Made by a program: the position numbers and the translations under genes. From Myxococcales bacterium (GTDB taxonomy: Bacteria; Myxococcota_A; Polyangia; Polyangiales; DASUME01), in contig JASGJH010000001.1 of NCBI GenBank assembly GCA_047601445.1, positions 1,440,001 to 1,504,000 of the forward strand: a stretch of DNA of 64,000 nucleotides. Reading direction: 5' to 3'. Each line of letters opens with the position of its first letter. Positions within the stretch are counted from its first letter, which is position 1. The notes beneath the pieces are model-generated. The model worked only from the letters and a program-made list of their open reading frames with translations. It searched no databases and had not been told where the DNA came from. Below, in pieces: positions 1 through 9,047 of this stretch.

Positions 1-73
1 AGTCGCCGCAAGCCGACAGGAGGGCGGCGCTGGAAGCAGCCGCAAAAGCCAAAAGATAAGAAGGGATGCGCAT
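1..73 (-). CDS. N-terminus of a lipoprotein (runs off the window edge)
   Basis: ATG at 73 reads MRIPSYLLAFAAASSAALLSACGD: basic N-terminus, hydrophobic core and lipobox LSAC. Confidence 0.65.
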   Translation of the reverse strand, partial: MRIPSYLLAFAAASSAALLSACGD

Positions 74-305
74 TATTTCTGAGTAAGGAAATTGCTGCCA
101 CAACACAACGGCTGCGGTGACCCCGCGCGTTGACATCTATGACCAAGTGCGGCGTGAGACACCCATTTGGTACTGTCCCTCACCCACGCCTTGGATGCTT
201 TCGCCCAATCGAGCACGTCCCCGGGTCCCGGGAGGGCTGGCCGGTGCGGACCTGCCGTGGCCGTTTCGAACGACTCCTCCCGCTAGAATGTAGGGCGAGG
301 TGGGG

Positions 306-1079
306 ATGGCTTGGTGGCGCGAGGTCGACGAAGTGCTCGTGGGCGTGGCCCTGCTCTGCTTGCTGCTGGGGGCTGCCGAGGCCGGCTTTCGGCTTTCGCG
401 GCGGGTGCGCGGCCCGGGGGAGCAACCGGCCCAGGAAGTCTCGTCCATGCAGGGGGCCGTGCTGGGCCTGCTCGCCCTGCTGCTCGGCTTCACGTTCTCG
501 CTCGCCATGTCGCGCTTCGAGGCACGCAAGGAGTTGATCCGCGACGAGGCCAACGCCATCGGCACTTTCTCGCTTCGTACCCAGCTCTTGCCCGAGGCGA
601 GTCGCGCCAAGATCTCGAAGCTGATGCGTCCCTATCTCGAGACCTGTGTCGAGCTACAGACCGACGGCTATCGGCCCGAGCGGGTCGCCGTGACGCATCG
701 AGCGGCCTTGAAGCTCCAGGATCAGATTTGGTCCGAAGCCATGCAGGCAGCGCGCGCTGCGCCCGAGTCCGAGATGATGGCCTTGTTGGTCGACTCCTTG
801 AACACCATGATCGACCTGCACGGCATGCAGATGGCAGCCCTGCGCAACCGCGTGCCGGTCTCCATCTTCCTGCTGCTCGTGAGCGTAGCCGTGGCTTCGC
901 TCGGCTTGACCGGCTACGCCTCCGGCACGAGCCACCGCGAGAACATGACGCTCACGGTGGTCGTATCGGTGCTGATTACGGCGGTCATCATGCTGATCTT
1001 CGATCTGCACCGGCCCGCTCGAGGCCTCATCACGGTCGACCTGGGGAATCTGGTCGAGTTGCGCGAGAGCCTGCGTTAG
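306..1079 (+). CDS. DUF4239 / bestrophin-like membrane protein
   Basis: GAVLGLLALLLGFTFSLAMSRFEARKELIRDEANAIGT motif and C-terminal DLHRPARGLITVD; 4 TM segments. Confidence 0.75.
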   Translation: MAWWREVDEVLVGVALLCLLLGAAEAGFRLSRRVRGPGEQPAQEVSSMQGAVLGLLALLLGFTFSLAMSRFEARKELIRDEANAIGTFSLRTQLLPEASRAKISKLMRPYLETCVELQTDGYRPERVAVTHRAALKLQDQIWSEAMQAARAAPESEMMALLVDSLNTMIDLHGMQMAALRNRVPVSIFLLLVSVAVASLGLTGYASGTSHRENMTLTVVVSVLITAVIMLIFDLHRPARGLITVDLGNLVELRESLR

Positions 1080-1101
1080 CTCGCGCGCGGAGCCGCTGGG
1101 C

Positions 1102-2349
1102 TCAGCCGTAGACGGGGAAAGCGCGCGTCAGCGCCGACACGCGCTCGCGCACGCGGGCGATGTTCTGCTCGTCGCGCGGGGCGTCGAGCACGTCGGCGAT
1201 GAGGTTCGCCGTGAGCACGGCCTCTTCCTCGCGGAAGCCGCGGGTGGTCATGGCGGGGGTGCCGAGGCGGATGCCGCTCGTGACCATGGGCTTCTCGGGA
1301 TCCTTGGGGATCGCGTTCTTGTTGCACGTAATGTGGGCCTGGCCGAGCACGGCCTCGGCTTCCTTGCCGGTGATGCCCTTGGGGCGCAGGTCCACCAACA
1401 TGACGTGGCTCTCCGTGCGCCCCGACACGATACGAAGTCCGCGCGCGGTGAGCTGGGTCGCCAGAGCGGCCGCGTTCTTCACCACCTGCTGCTGGTAGGT
1501 CTTGAACTCGGGCTGCAGTGCTTCCTGAAAGGCCACCGCCTTGCCGGCGATGACGTGCATCAGCGGGCCGCCCTGCAGGCCGGGGAAAACGGCGCTGTTG
1601 ATGGCCTTGGCCAGGTGCTCCTTCATCATGATGATGCCGCCGCGCGGGCCGCGCAGGCTCTTGTGGGTGGTGGAGGTGACCACGTCCGCGTGAGGCACCG
1701 GGTTCGGGTACACGCCGGCGGCGACCAGACCCGCGTAGTGCGCGATGTCCACCATGAAGTGCGCGCCGACCTCCTTGGCCACGCGGGCGAAGCGCTCGAA
1801 GTCGATACGCAGCGCGTAGGCCGAGGCGCCCGCGATGATGAGCTTGGGCTTGTGCTCACGGGCCAGGCGCTCCATGGCCTCGTAGTCGATGGCTTCCTGG
1901 GCATCGAGGCCGTAGCTCACCACCTTGAACCACTTGCCGCTCATGTTGAGGGGCATGCCGTGGGTGAGGTGACCGCCCTCGGCCAGGCTCATGCCCATGA
2001 TGGTGTCGCCCGGCTGCAGCAGCGCGAAGAACACGCCCTGGTTGGCCTGGGAACCCGAGTTGGGCTGGACGTTGGCGTGCTCGGCGCCGAACAGCTTCTT
2101 GAGGCGGTCGATGGCCAGCTGCTCCACCACGTCGACGTGCTCGCAGCCGCCGTAGTAGCGCTTACCAGGGTAGCCCTCGGCGTACTTGTTGGTGAGCTGA
2201 GAACCCTGCGCCGCGAGAACCGCGGGCGAGGTGTAGTTCTCGGACGCGATCAGCTCGATGTGCTCTTCCTGGCGGCGGTTCTCCGCCTCGATGGCAGCGG
2301 CGATCTCGGGATCGATGGCGGACAGAGCGTACTTGGAACGATCGAACAT
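1102..2349 (-). CDS. glyA: Serine hydroxymethyltransferase
   Basis: [30 protein letters not shown] and [12 protein letters not shown] (PLP lysine) motifs; start ATG 2349 (MFDRSK) with GAGG RBS. Confidence 0.98.
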   Translation of the reverse strand: MFDRSKYALSAIDPEIAAAIEAENRRQEEHIELIASENYTSPAVLAAQGSQLTNKYAEGYPGKRYYGGCEHVDVVEQLAIDRLKKLFGAEHANVQPNSGSQANQGVFFALLQPGDTIMGMSLAEGGHLTHGMPLNMSGKWFKVVSYGLDAQEAIDYEAMERLAREHKPKLIIAGASAYALRIDFERFARVAKEVGAHFMVDIAHYAGLVAAGVYPNPVPHADVVTSTTHKSLRGPRGGIIMMKEHLAKAINSAVFPGLQGGPLMHVIAGKAVAFQEALQPEFKTYQQQVVKNAAALATQLTARGLRIVSGRTESHVMLVDLRPKGITGKEAEAVLGQAHITCNKNAIPKDPEKPMVTSGIRLGTPAMTTRGFREEEAVLTANLIADVLDAPRDEQNIARVRERVSALTRAFPVYG

Positions 2350-2463
2350 GGGTGTGACCTCGCCTCTTGAAAAGCTTGTGTCCCGCTGCACCGCGAGCCC
2401 CCGCGCCGAATGACTCGGACGGGTGAATCGGGCGCTTCGCCTGGAGACGGCGAACACGCGGAT

Positions 2464-2578
2464 GGCCCAGGCGAACGACACAAGACGGCTGCAGGGACGT
2501 CCTACAGTGGTCGCGCTTCCCGGTGGTAGCCCACCTCGGGCCCCCGGAGGAGAGCCCTTCATCGCCAGTCGCGCAACG
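2464..2578 (-). ncRNA. ZMP/ZTP (pfl) riboswitch upstream of glyA
   Basis: Minus strand reads GTTGCGC-GACTGGCGA...AGGTGGGCTACCACCGGGAAGCGCGAC...GTCGTTCGCCTGGGC, matching the pfl consensus; folate/purine gene downstream. Confidence 0.9.
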
Positions 2579-2656
2579 GGACCGAGTGTAGCCGAAGAGA
2601 CGGCGGGCGGCAGGTCGGACGGGCATGGAGAGACAGCCACCGAGCCGGAAACCGAG

Positions 2657-2848
2657 GCGGTCACGGTGCCGGTGGCCGTGGCGGTGGGGGTGGCCGTAGC
2701 GGTTGTGGCCGGAACAGTGCTGGTGACGGGAGACCGTGGCCGTGGCTTCGGGCACGACCCCGGGGCGGGCACGGTCCCGATCACAGCCACGGTCTCCGGC
2801 CACCAACACCGTCTCTGCCACGGCCACGGCCACCGTCACGGCCACCGC
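2657..2848. repeat. Imperfect long palindrome built from GGTGGC/CGTGGC and GCCACG/GCCACC hexamers
   Basis: Core arms GGAGACCGTGGC (2729-2740) and GCCACGGTCTCC (2786-2797) are exact reverse complements; flanking hexamer runs are complementary. Confidence 0.7.
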
Positions 2849-2942
2849 AAGAAGGGCATCGGCGCAGGTTCCGGTGACGCCTTCACTCGCGTAAGATGGG
2901 CGGCTGCCGCGGGGTGGCTGTCGGCCGCGGGGTAGAGCCTTT

Positions 2943-4136
2943 GTGACGATCGCTGAAAGCCTTAGAGTCGAACCGGCGGGACGTGCGACGCCGCTGAAGG
3001 AGGTGCAGCCGGACCGGCTGGCCTATCTCGACGGCCTGCGTGCCATGGCCTCTCTCTACGTGGTGGTGTTCCACGCGGTGATCGGCTTCCCCCGCGGGGA
3101 GCTCAGCGGGGCCTGGCGCCTGCTCAGGCGCTTGAGTGCGTTCGGACACGAAGCCGTCGCGGTGTTCATCGTGCTCTCGGGCTATTGCCTGATGCTGCCA
3201 GCCCTGCGCGATGGGACCTATCGCCTCCCCCGCAGCCTGGGCAGCTTCGTCGGGCGCCGCGCATTTCGGATCCTACCTCCCTACTACGCCACGCTCGGCA
3301 TCTCGCTGCTGCTCCTGTGGAGCCTCCCCTTGCTGCGGGAGCGCACCGGGACCAGCTGGGATGATTCGTTGCCAGGCCTCGCCTGGCCGCCCGTGCTCGC
3401 TCACCTGCTGCTCGTGCACAACTGGCTTCCGGATCTCGCGGTGCAGATCAACGGCCCGCTCTGGAGCGTGGCCACCGAGTGGCAGATCTACTTCTTCTTC
3501 CCCTTGCTCTTGCTTCCGCTCTGGCGTCGCCTGGGGCCCTTGCCCACCTTGGCCATCGCGACCTTGGTCGGTTACGCACCTTGGCTGTTCCTGCGTGAGG
3601 CGGCCAACGTGGCCATCCCGTGGTACCTCGGACTGTTCGCGTTCGGCATGTTCGCCGCCGCCATCAACCGCTCTCCCCATCCCCGCGAGCGCGCCCTACT
3701 GGACCGCATTGCATGGGATCGCCTGACCACCGGCTTGTGGGTCGCCGTCGCCATCGGTGGCATTCCCTTCGGGGCCCTCTGGTTTCAGTTCAAGCCCCTG
3801 ACGGACCTCCTCGTGGGCATCGCCAGCGCCAGCATGCTGGTCCACATCACGCGCGCCGCCGACCGGGGCGAGCCGAGTCGCCTACTCGCCTGGTTCAACA
3901 CGCGGCCGGCGCTCCAGCTCGGTCATTTCTCCTACAGTCTCTATCTCACGCACCTGCCTGTACTCGCGCTCTGCTTCCACCTGCTCGATCGCTGGGCGCT
4001 CTCGCCCCACGTTCATTCGCTGCTGATGGTGGCCTTCGGCATGCCGGCGTCGCTGCTGTTTGCCTACGCTTTTTACTGGCTCGTCGAACGTCACTGTCTA
4101 ACCCAACCCGCGGCGCTGCGTCGGCTCCTGTCCTGA
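2943..4136 (+). CDS. Acyltransferase family 3 (OafA/YrhL-like) membrane O-acyltransferase
   Basis: YLDGLRAMA, VFIVLSGY, RRAFRILPPYY, LWSVATEWQIY and SYSLYLTH motifs. Confidence 0.92.
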   Translation: MTIAESLRVEPAGRATPLKEVQPDRLAYLDGLRAMASLYVVVFHAVIGFPRGELSGAWRLLRRLSAFGHEAVAVFIVLSGYCLMLPALRDGTYRLPRSLGSFVGRRAFRILPPYYATLGISLLLLWSLPLLRERTGTSWDDSLPGLAWPPVLAHLLLVHNWLPDLAVQINGPLWSVATEWQIYFFFPLLLLPLWRRLGPLPTLAIATLVGYAPWLFLREAANVAIPWYLGLFAFGMFAAAINRSPHPRERALLDRIAWDRLTTGLWVAVAIGGIPFGALWFQFKPLTDLLVGIASASMLVHITRAADRGEPSRLLAWFNTRPALQLGHFSYSLYLTHLPVLALCFHLLDRWALSPHVHSLLMVAFGMPASLLFAYAFYWLVERHCLTQPAALRRLLS

Positions 4137-4194
4137 ATGGCGTTGGAGCCGGGTGCGGCACGGGTGCAGCGCTGGCTCCGTCGCGATGGCGTTG

Positions 4195-4210
4195 CTAAAG
4201 TTTTTCTTAG
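4195..4210 (+). promoter_or_regulatory. Candidate direct-repeat operator CTAAAGTTTTTCTTAG upstream of the split-barrel/regulator operon
   Basis: AT-rich 11-bp-spaced CTWA repeat; resembles two sites at 8946 and 9006. Confidence 0.45.
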
Positions 4211-4223
4211 CCCTCAGGGAGTC

Positions 4224-4727
4224 ATGGTCGTCCTTCCCCAAGTACTCGTGCCCTTCCTCGAAGGCGGCAACTCCCTGCTCGTGGGCACCTGCGACTCGAA
4301 CCGCATGCCCCAAGTGGCGCGCGCCGTCGGCTTGAAGGTGGCCACCGACCGCAGTCGCTTCACCCTGTTCCTGCCCGAACGCACGGCGGCCCGCTCGCTG
4401 GCGGCCCTGGCCCAAGTGCCGTTGTTGGCGGTCACGTGCTCGGAGCCACCCACGCACCGCACCGTGCAGGTAAAGGGCAAGGTCGTGGCCCTACGGGCGC
4501 CCAATGCAGAAGAACAGGCCTGGGTACTGAGCTATCCGGATCGCTTCGCGAACGTGGTGGCCTATGCCGGGCTCGCGCGCGCCACGGTGATGCGCCTTCA
4601 CGTTTGGCCGGCCCGCGCCATCGACGTGGAAGCGACGGATCTGTTCGACCAGACGCCAGGCCCCAAGGCCGGCGCGCCGCTCGACCCGGGTAGCTTCGAG
4701 GGCGCCAAGAAGCCGGTGCATCCATGA
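4224..4727 (+). CDS. Pyridoxamine 5'-phosphate oxidase-like (FMN-binding split-barrel) protein
   Basis: LLVGTCD..PQVARAVG, PTHRTVQVKG and LFDQTPGPKAG motifs; ATG 4224 after AGGGAG; ATGA overlap with the next gene. Confidence 0.75.
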   Translation: MVVLPQVLVPFLEGGNSLLVGTCDSNRMPQVARAVGLKVATDRSRFTLFLPERTAARSLAALAQVPLLAVTCSEPPTHRTVQVKGKVVALRAPNAEEQAWVLSYPDRFANVVAYAGLARATVMRLHVWPARAIDVEATDLFDQTPGPKAGAPLDPGSFEGAKKPVHP

Positions 4728-6103
4728 GCAATCTGAGCCTGAGCTCCCTGATGCACTGCTTTCAAGGTGTCACTCCCTGCAGCGTCGCCACCTGCTCGCG
4801 CGACGGGGTCCCGAACGTGACCTACCTGAGCCAGCTCTTCTACGTGGACGCGAAGCACCTGGCGATGTCTTGCCAGTTCTTCAACAAGACGCGACGCAAC
4901 CTCGATGAGCACCCCTATGCGGCGGTCCAGGTCTATGACCCTACCTGCTTCGAGGCCTACGAGATTCACCTCAAGTTCGTGCGCTCCGAGACCTCCGGGC
5001 CGCTGTTCGATCAGATGTCGCTGCGCATCGACGCCATCGCCTCGCACTCGGGCATGGCGGGCGTGTTCAAGCTGCTCTCAGCCGACGTCTGCGAAGTGCT
5101 CTCGGTGGAACGCATCGAAGGCTTTTTGGAGCCCAACCAGGCCGCACCCGACGCGGTAGAGAACGACCAGGCCGCGCTGCGCAACGAGCTGCGTGCGCTC
5201 CAGGTCATCGGCGAGCGCGTGTGTCGCGCCCCGGATCTCGAAACGCTGCTCGACCGTACGCTGGAGTCCCTCGACGAGCTGCTCGGCATCCAGAACTCTC
5301 TCGTGCTCCTGACGGACGACGACGACAGGCTAGTCACCATCGCCAGCCACGGCTACGGCGAAGCCGGCATCGGCGCCGAGGTCGCGCTCGGCGAAGGCTT
5401 GATCGGCACGGTGGCCCGTGAGCGGCGCAGCTTACGCGTCTCCGGCATGCGCGAGGGTTTGCGCTACGGGCGTGCCATCCGCGACCGCGTGGTCGAGCAA
5501 GGCGGTACGAGCCAGCTGCGCCCGGAGATCCCACTGCCAGGACTTCCGGATGCGGGCTCCCAAATCGCCCTCCCCTTGATCGTCCAGGATCAGCTGCTCG
5601 GCGTGTTGGCCGCGGAGAGCAAGCGGGTGCTCGGATTGGCCGACTGGCAGGAGGCCATGCTCGAGGTGGTGGCGACCCAGCTCGCCGTGGGCATCGACCG
5701 CCTGCTCGAGGAAGAAGACGAGGAAGAAGAAACCGAGCCCATGCGGCCTTCCATGCTCGGGTTCAGCAAGGCACCGCCGCGACGCTTCACCTTCTATCGC
5801 AACGACGACTGTGTGTTCGTGGACGGCGAGTACTTGATCCGCAACGTACCCGGAAAGCTCCTCTGGAAGCTGCTCAAGGCCTACCAGGAGCAGGCTCGTC
5901 AGGAGTTCTCGAACCGCGAGCTCCGGCTCGATCCGTGGCTAGGTTTGCCGGCCGTTAAGGACAATCTCGAGAGCCGCCTGATCTTGCTGCGCAAGCGCCT
6001 GCAGGAGAAGTGCCCCGACATACGGCTGGTGCCCGTACGCCGAGGTCATTTCGCGCTGGAGCTCGACCGGCCCATCGAGCTCTCCGAGCGCGACTCCGCC
6101 TGA
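4724..6103 (+). CDS. PNPOx-like + GAF + C-terminal winged-helix putative transcriptional regulator
   Basis: N-terminal ATCSRDGVPNVTYLSQ...QFFNKTRRN split barrel; GAF (GEGLIGTVARERR, IALPLIVQDQLLGVLAAES); C-terminal FSNRELR...NLESRLILLRKRL. Confidence 0.8.
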   Translation: MSNLSLSSLMHCFQGVTPCSVATCSRDGVPNVTYLSQLFYVDAKHLAMSCQFFNKTRRNLDEHPYAAVQVYDPTCFEAYEIHLKFVRSETSGPLFDQMSLRIDAIASHSGMAGVFKLLSADVCEVLSVERIEGFLEPNQAAPDAVENDQAALRNELRALQVIGERVCRAPDLETLLDRTLESLDELLGIQNSLVLLTDDDDRLVTIASHGYGEAGIGAEVALGEGLIGTVARERRSLRVSGMREGLRYGRAIRDRVVEQGGTSQLRPEIPLPGLPDAGSQIALPLIVQDQLLGVLAAESKRVLGLADWQEAMLEVVATQLAVGIDRLLEEEDEEEETEPMRPSMLGFSKAPPRRFTFYRNDDCVFVDGEYLIRNVPGKLLWKLLKAYQEQARQEFSNRELRLDPWLGLPAVKDNLESRLILLRKRLQEKCPDIRLVPVRRGHFALELDRPIELSERDSA

Positions 6104-6110
6104 GTGGAGC

Positions 6111-7769
6111 TCAGAGCCAGTGTCGGGTCACGGCGACGTCGTAGTTGGCGTCGCTGGCGAAGCCGGCCGTGATGGCGCGCACCGCGGGCACGCGCTCGTC
6201 GGCCTGGAGCACGATGGCGTGGCCCTCATCGCGCTTGCCCGCGGCGGCCACCGTCTCGATGACCAGGCCCGCGTTGCCGAAGCGCGTATCGAGCACGCCC
6301 TGGGCCGTGTAGCGCGCGAGCGCGAAGTTGCCGTTGCTGCCGTTACCCTCGTAGACCCAGCCGCCCAACAAGATCTCGCCGCTGTCCTGCACCACCAGGC
6401 CCATCGCCTCGTCCCAGTTGCTCTCGCTGACCTTGGTGATCACGGGAGCGCCGCCACCAAAGCTCGTGTCGAGCGCGCCGCTCTCGGAGAAGCGCACCAG
6501 CGCGAAGTCGTGGCTGATGTGTCCCGCAACCACGATTTGACCTTCCTTGGTGAGACCGATCCCGCGCGCTGCGCCGATGGTGGACCCGAAGATGGCCTTC
6601 AACTTGCCCTGTTCACCGAAGGACGTGTCGAGCGCGCCGCTCGGCAGATACCGCGCGAGCATGAAGTCTCCTTCGCCACCCGCGGCCAGGATGCGCTGCT
6701 CTCCCCCAATCTGCTCGAGCTGCAGCGCGTAGGCGCTGTCACGCCCGGAGTTGGAGGCAATGGCGGTGGTGAGCTTGCCATCGCCGTCGAAGCTGGCGTC
6801 GAGCGAGCCGTCGGACAGATAGCGGGCCAGCGCGAAGTCGGTGCCGGTCGTGCTGGCGCCCTGGTTGGATTCACCGGCCACCACCAGCCGCCCCTGGGCG
6901 TCGATGGCGAGCGCGTAGGCCGTGTCGGAGTCGTCGGCGAAGGAGGTCACCTGCTTGCCGCCATTGCCGAAGCTCGTGTCGAGACTGCCATCGGCCGCAT
7001 AGCGAACGACCGCGAAGTCGAGGCCCGTGGCGTCACTGTCGGTGGTGCCGACCACGACGATCTTGCCATCGGCCTGGATGGCGACCGCGTGGGCCGTATC
7101 CTGACCGCTGCCGATCTGAGTCTTCACGATGCCCCCCGCGCCAAAGCCGGAGTCCAGCGCACCGTCGCGCATGAGGCGCACCACCATGAAGTCGCCGAGG
7201 TTCTCGTAGCTCTGCCCCACCACCACGATCTTGCCGTCGGGCTGCACGGCCACACCATTGACGTACTCGTCGGAGCTGCCTGCCTTCACCACCACCTTGC
7301 CGCCGAGGAAGCTCTGGTCGAGCGAGCCGGGAGGGCCGTAGACCGTCACGGTGACCGACTTCTCCGCCATCGCGGTGGGGGCGGTGCCGCGCAGCACCAC
7401 CGTGGTGGGCAGCGAGTGCGGGCTGCCCGCGGCGGCGCTCAGCGTAAGCGTGATCTTGTCCTGCCCCGCGGGGATGGAGTTGGTCTCCATCTCGCAACCT
7501 TCGGGTAGATTGGTCGCCTGGATGAGCACGGCTCCGCTGAAGCCGTTCTTGCGGATCACGCTGACCTCGACGGTCTCGCTCGTGCCCTGGAGCACGGGCA
7601 GCTTGTCGCGCGACACCACGAGCTCGAAGCTCTCTTCCTCCTGATCCATGGGCATGGCTGCGTCGGGAGTCTCGCCCGCGTCCACTTCGCCCTCTGCGTC
7701 GGACTCCGTACAAGCCGTCAGCGCACTCAACGACGTCGCCATCACCAAACCGAATGCCAACCGTTTCAT
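6111..7769 (-). CDS. Delta-60 repeat (beta-propeller) lipoprotein
   Basis: Lipobox LTAC; repeated AVQPDGKIVVVG...DFALARY..DGSLDTSFG.GG units. Confidence 0.88.
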   Translation of the reverse strand: MKRLAFGLVMATSLSALTACTESDAEGEVDAGETPDAAMPMDQEEESFELVVSRDKLPVLQGTSETVEVSVIRKNGFSGAVLIQATNLPEGCEMETNSIPAGQDKITLTLSAAAGSPHSLPTTVVLRGTAPTAMAEKSVTVTVYGPPGSLDQSFLGGKVVVKAGSSDEYVNGVAVQPDGKIVVVGQSYENLGDFMVVRLMRDGALDSGFGAGGIVKTQIGSGQDTAHAVAIQADGKIVVVGTTDSDATGLDFAVVRYAADGSLDTSFGNGGKQVTSFADDSDTAYALAIDAQGRLVVAGESNQGASTTGTDFALARYLSDGSLDASFDGDGKLTTAIASNSGRDSAYALQLEQIGGEQRILAAGGEGDFMLARYLPSGALDTSFGEQGKLKAIFGSTIGAARGIGLTKEGQIVVAGHISHDFALVRFSESGALDTSFGGGAPVITKVSESNWDEAMGLVVQDSGEILLGGWVYEGNGSNGNFALARYTAQGVLDTRFGNAGLVIETVAAAGKRDEGHAIVLQADERVPAVRAITAGFASDANYDVAVTRHWL

Positions 7770-7875
7770 GTTGAACCGTCTCCTCCGAAAAAAGGCACGA
7801 ACATCCCGTGCGGTGCGCGACGCGCACCAGCCGTGTGAGCCCTGCGGCTCCTGTCATCTCGAAGCGCGAGCTAGC

Positions 7876-8865
7876 TCAGCTCGGCTTGGCGTAGCCGCGC
7901 GGCCTACGCGTGGGCCCGAGCTCGCGGTGCGTAGGCGGCAGCGCACGCAAGAAGCGATAGATGCTGCGCACGTCTTCCTCGGTCATTCGCCCGAAGGACT
8001 CCCAGGGCATGTGCGAACCCTTGTACACACGGCCGGCCTTGAAGCGCGCCACGAAGCCGTCTTCATCCCAGTTGTAGATGTGGCCGGTGTCCTTGTCGGG
8101 CGTGAGGTTCGGCGGCGCGAATTCCATGCTCGGATCGGTCTCGTCGAGCATCGGCTCGAGCGCACCGGCCAAGTACGGTGCCTCGGGCAGCAGCCCGCTT
8201 TGCGGGCTCGATGCCGAGTGACAACCCGCACAGTTGGCGGGGCCCAACGCGAGGTAGCGACCGCGCTCCACGCTGACGCCACCGGCGGGAACGTAGGGCG
8301 GCGCAGCCCTGCGGTCGGGCTCCATCCCCTTGATCACGAACTTGCCGATCAGCGTGGGCTGGTCGTCCACTGTGGCGCCGCGCGCACCAGGCAGCGTGCG
8401 TAGATAGGAGATCACCGCGACCAGATCTTCGTCGGCCATCGGGGCGATGGTGGCCATGAAGGGACGCATGTGACCGTCACGGGATACGCCGGTGCGCAGC
8501 ACACGGGCGAGTTCCTCATCGGTCCAGGCACCGACTCCCGTAGCGTGCTCGGGCGTGATGTTCGGAGAGATGAACTTGCCGAATACCGGCACGTCGAACA
8601 CGCGTCCGCCCACCATCTGCGGCGCGGCATCGCTCGCCTGACCTTCAGACCCCTTGGGGCTGTGACAGTCGCCACAATGGGCGAGCGCGCGTACCACATA
8701 CTCGCCCTGCTTGATGACCGCCGGGTCCGTGCTGGCCTTCAGCTGCGGCGTGGGGTGGGCGTCGTGGTCCCGGTCCCAGCTGCACTGGATCCAGACGAGG
8801 AATGCGGCGGCGATGGTGGCCACCAACGAGATCAGACCGAGCAAAAGTTTTCCGAGCTTCTTCAT
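7876..8865 (-). CDS. Membrane-anchored dihaem cytochrome c
   Basis: Two CxxCH motifs (CGDCH, CAGCH), each followed by PNITP/PNLTP and a distal Met (MRPFM, MPW); N-terminal TM. Confidence 0.92.
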   Translation of the reverse strand: MKKLGKLLLGLISLVATIAAAFLVWIQCSWDRDHDAHPTPQLKASTDPAVIKQGEYVVRALAHCGDCHSPKGSEGQASDAAPQMVGGRVFDVPVFGKFISPNITPEHATGVGAWTDEELARVLRTGVSRDGHMRPFMATIAPMADEDLVAVISYLRTLPGARGATVDDQPTLIGKFVIKGMEPDRRAAPPYVPAGGVSVERGRYLALGPANCAGCHSASSPQSGLLPEAPYLAGALEPMLDETDPSMEFAPPNLTPDKDTGHIYNWDEDGFVARFKAGRVYKGSHMPWESFGRMTEEDVRSIYRFLRALPPTHRELGPTRRPRGYAKPS

Positions 8866-8945
8866 GGGGGGTTCCTGCGGGGGATTCCCTGCCATCTACG
8901 GACCCCACAAACGGAGCTCCCCGCCCCGCTGGGCCGGGCGTGTCG

Positions 8946-9021
8946 CTTAGGAAACTCTTAGAGGAGCGGCACCTGGCCGCGCGCCAAGCCCCGAAAAAGC
9001 GCCCACTTAGGAAGATTTAAG
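8946..9021 (-). promoter_or_regulatory. Two candidate direct-repeat operators upstream of the cytochrome c operon
   Basis: CTTAGGAAACTCTTAG (8946-8961) and CTTAGGAAGATTTAAG (9006-9021), starts 60 bp apart. Confidence 0.5.
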
Positions 9022-9047
9022 AAGATGGGAAGCGGAGCCGCCGAACA

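Noticed and set aside
74..300. Structured RNA in the first intergenic region
   Set aside because: No recognisable riboswitch or tRNA consensus on either strand
2162..2935. ORFs with VAVAVA/TATATA/HGHGH repeats and the N-terminal extension of GlyA
   Set aside because: They translate the riboswitch and the hexamer palindrome; not credible proteins
6111..7769. Recurrent DNA repeats as a possible CRISPR or tandem array
   Set aside because: Degenerate, in-frame protein (delta-60) repeats; no constant repeat-spacer structure or cas genes
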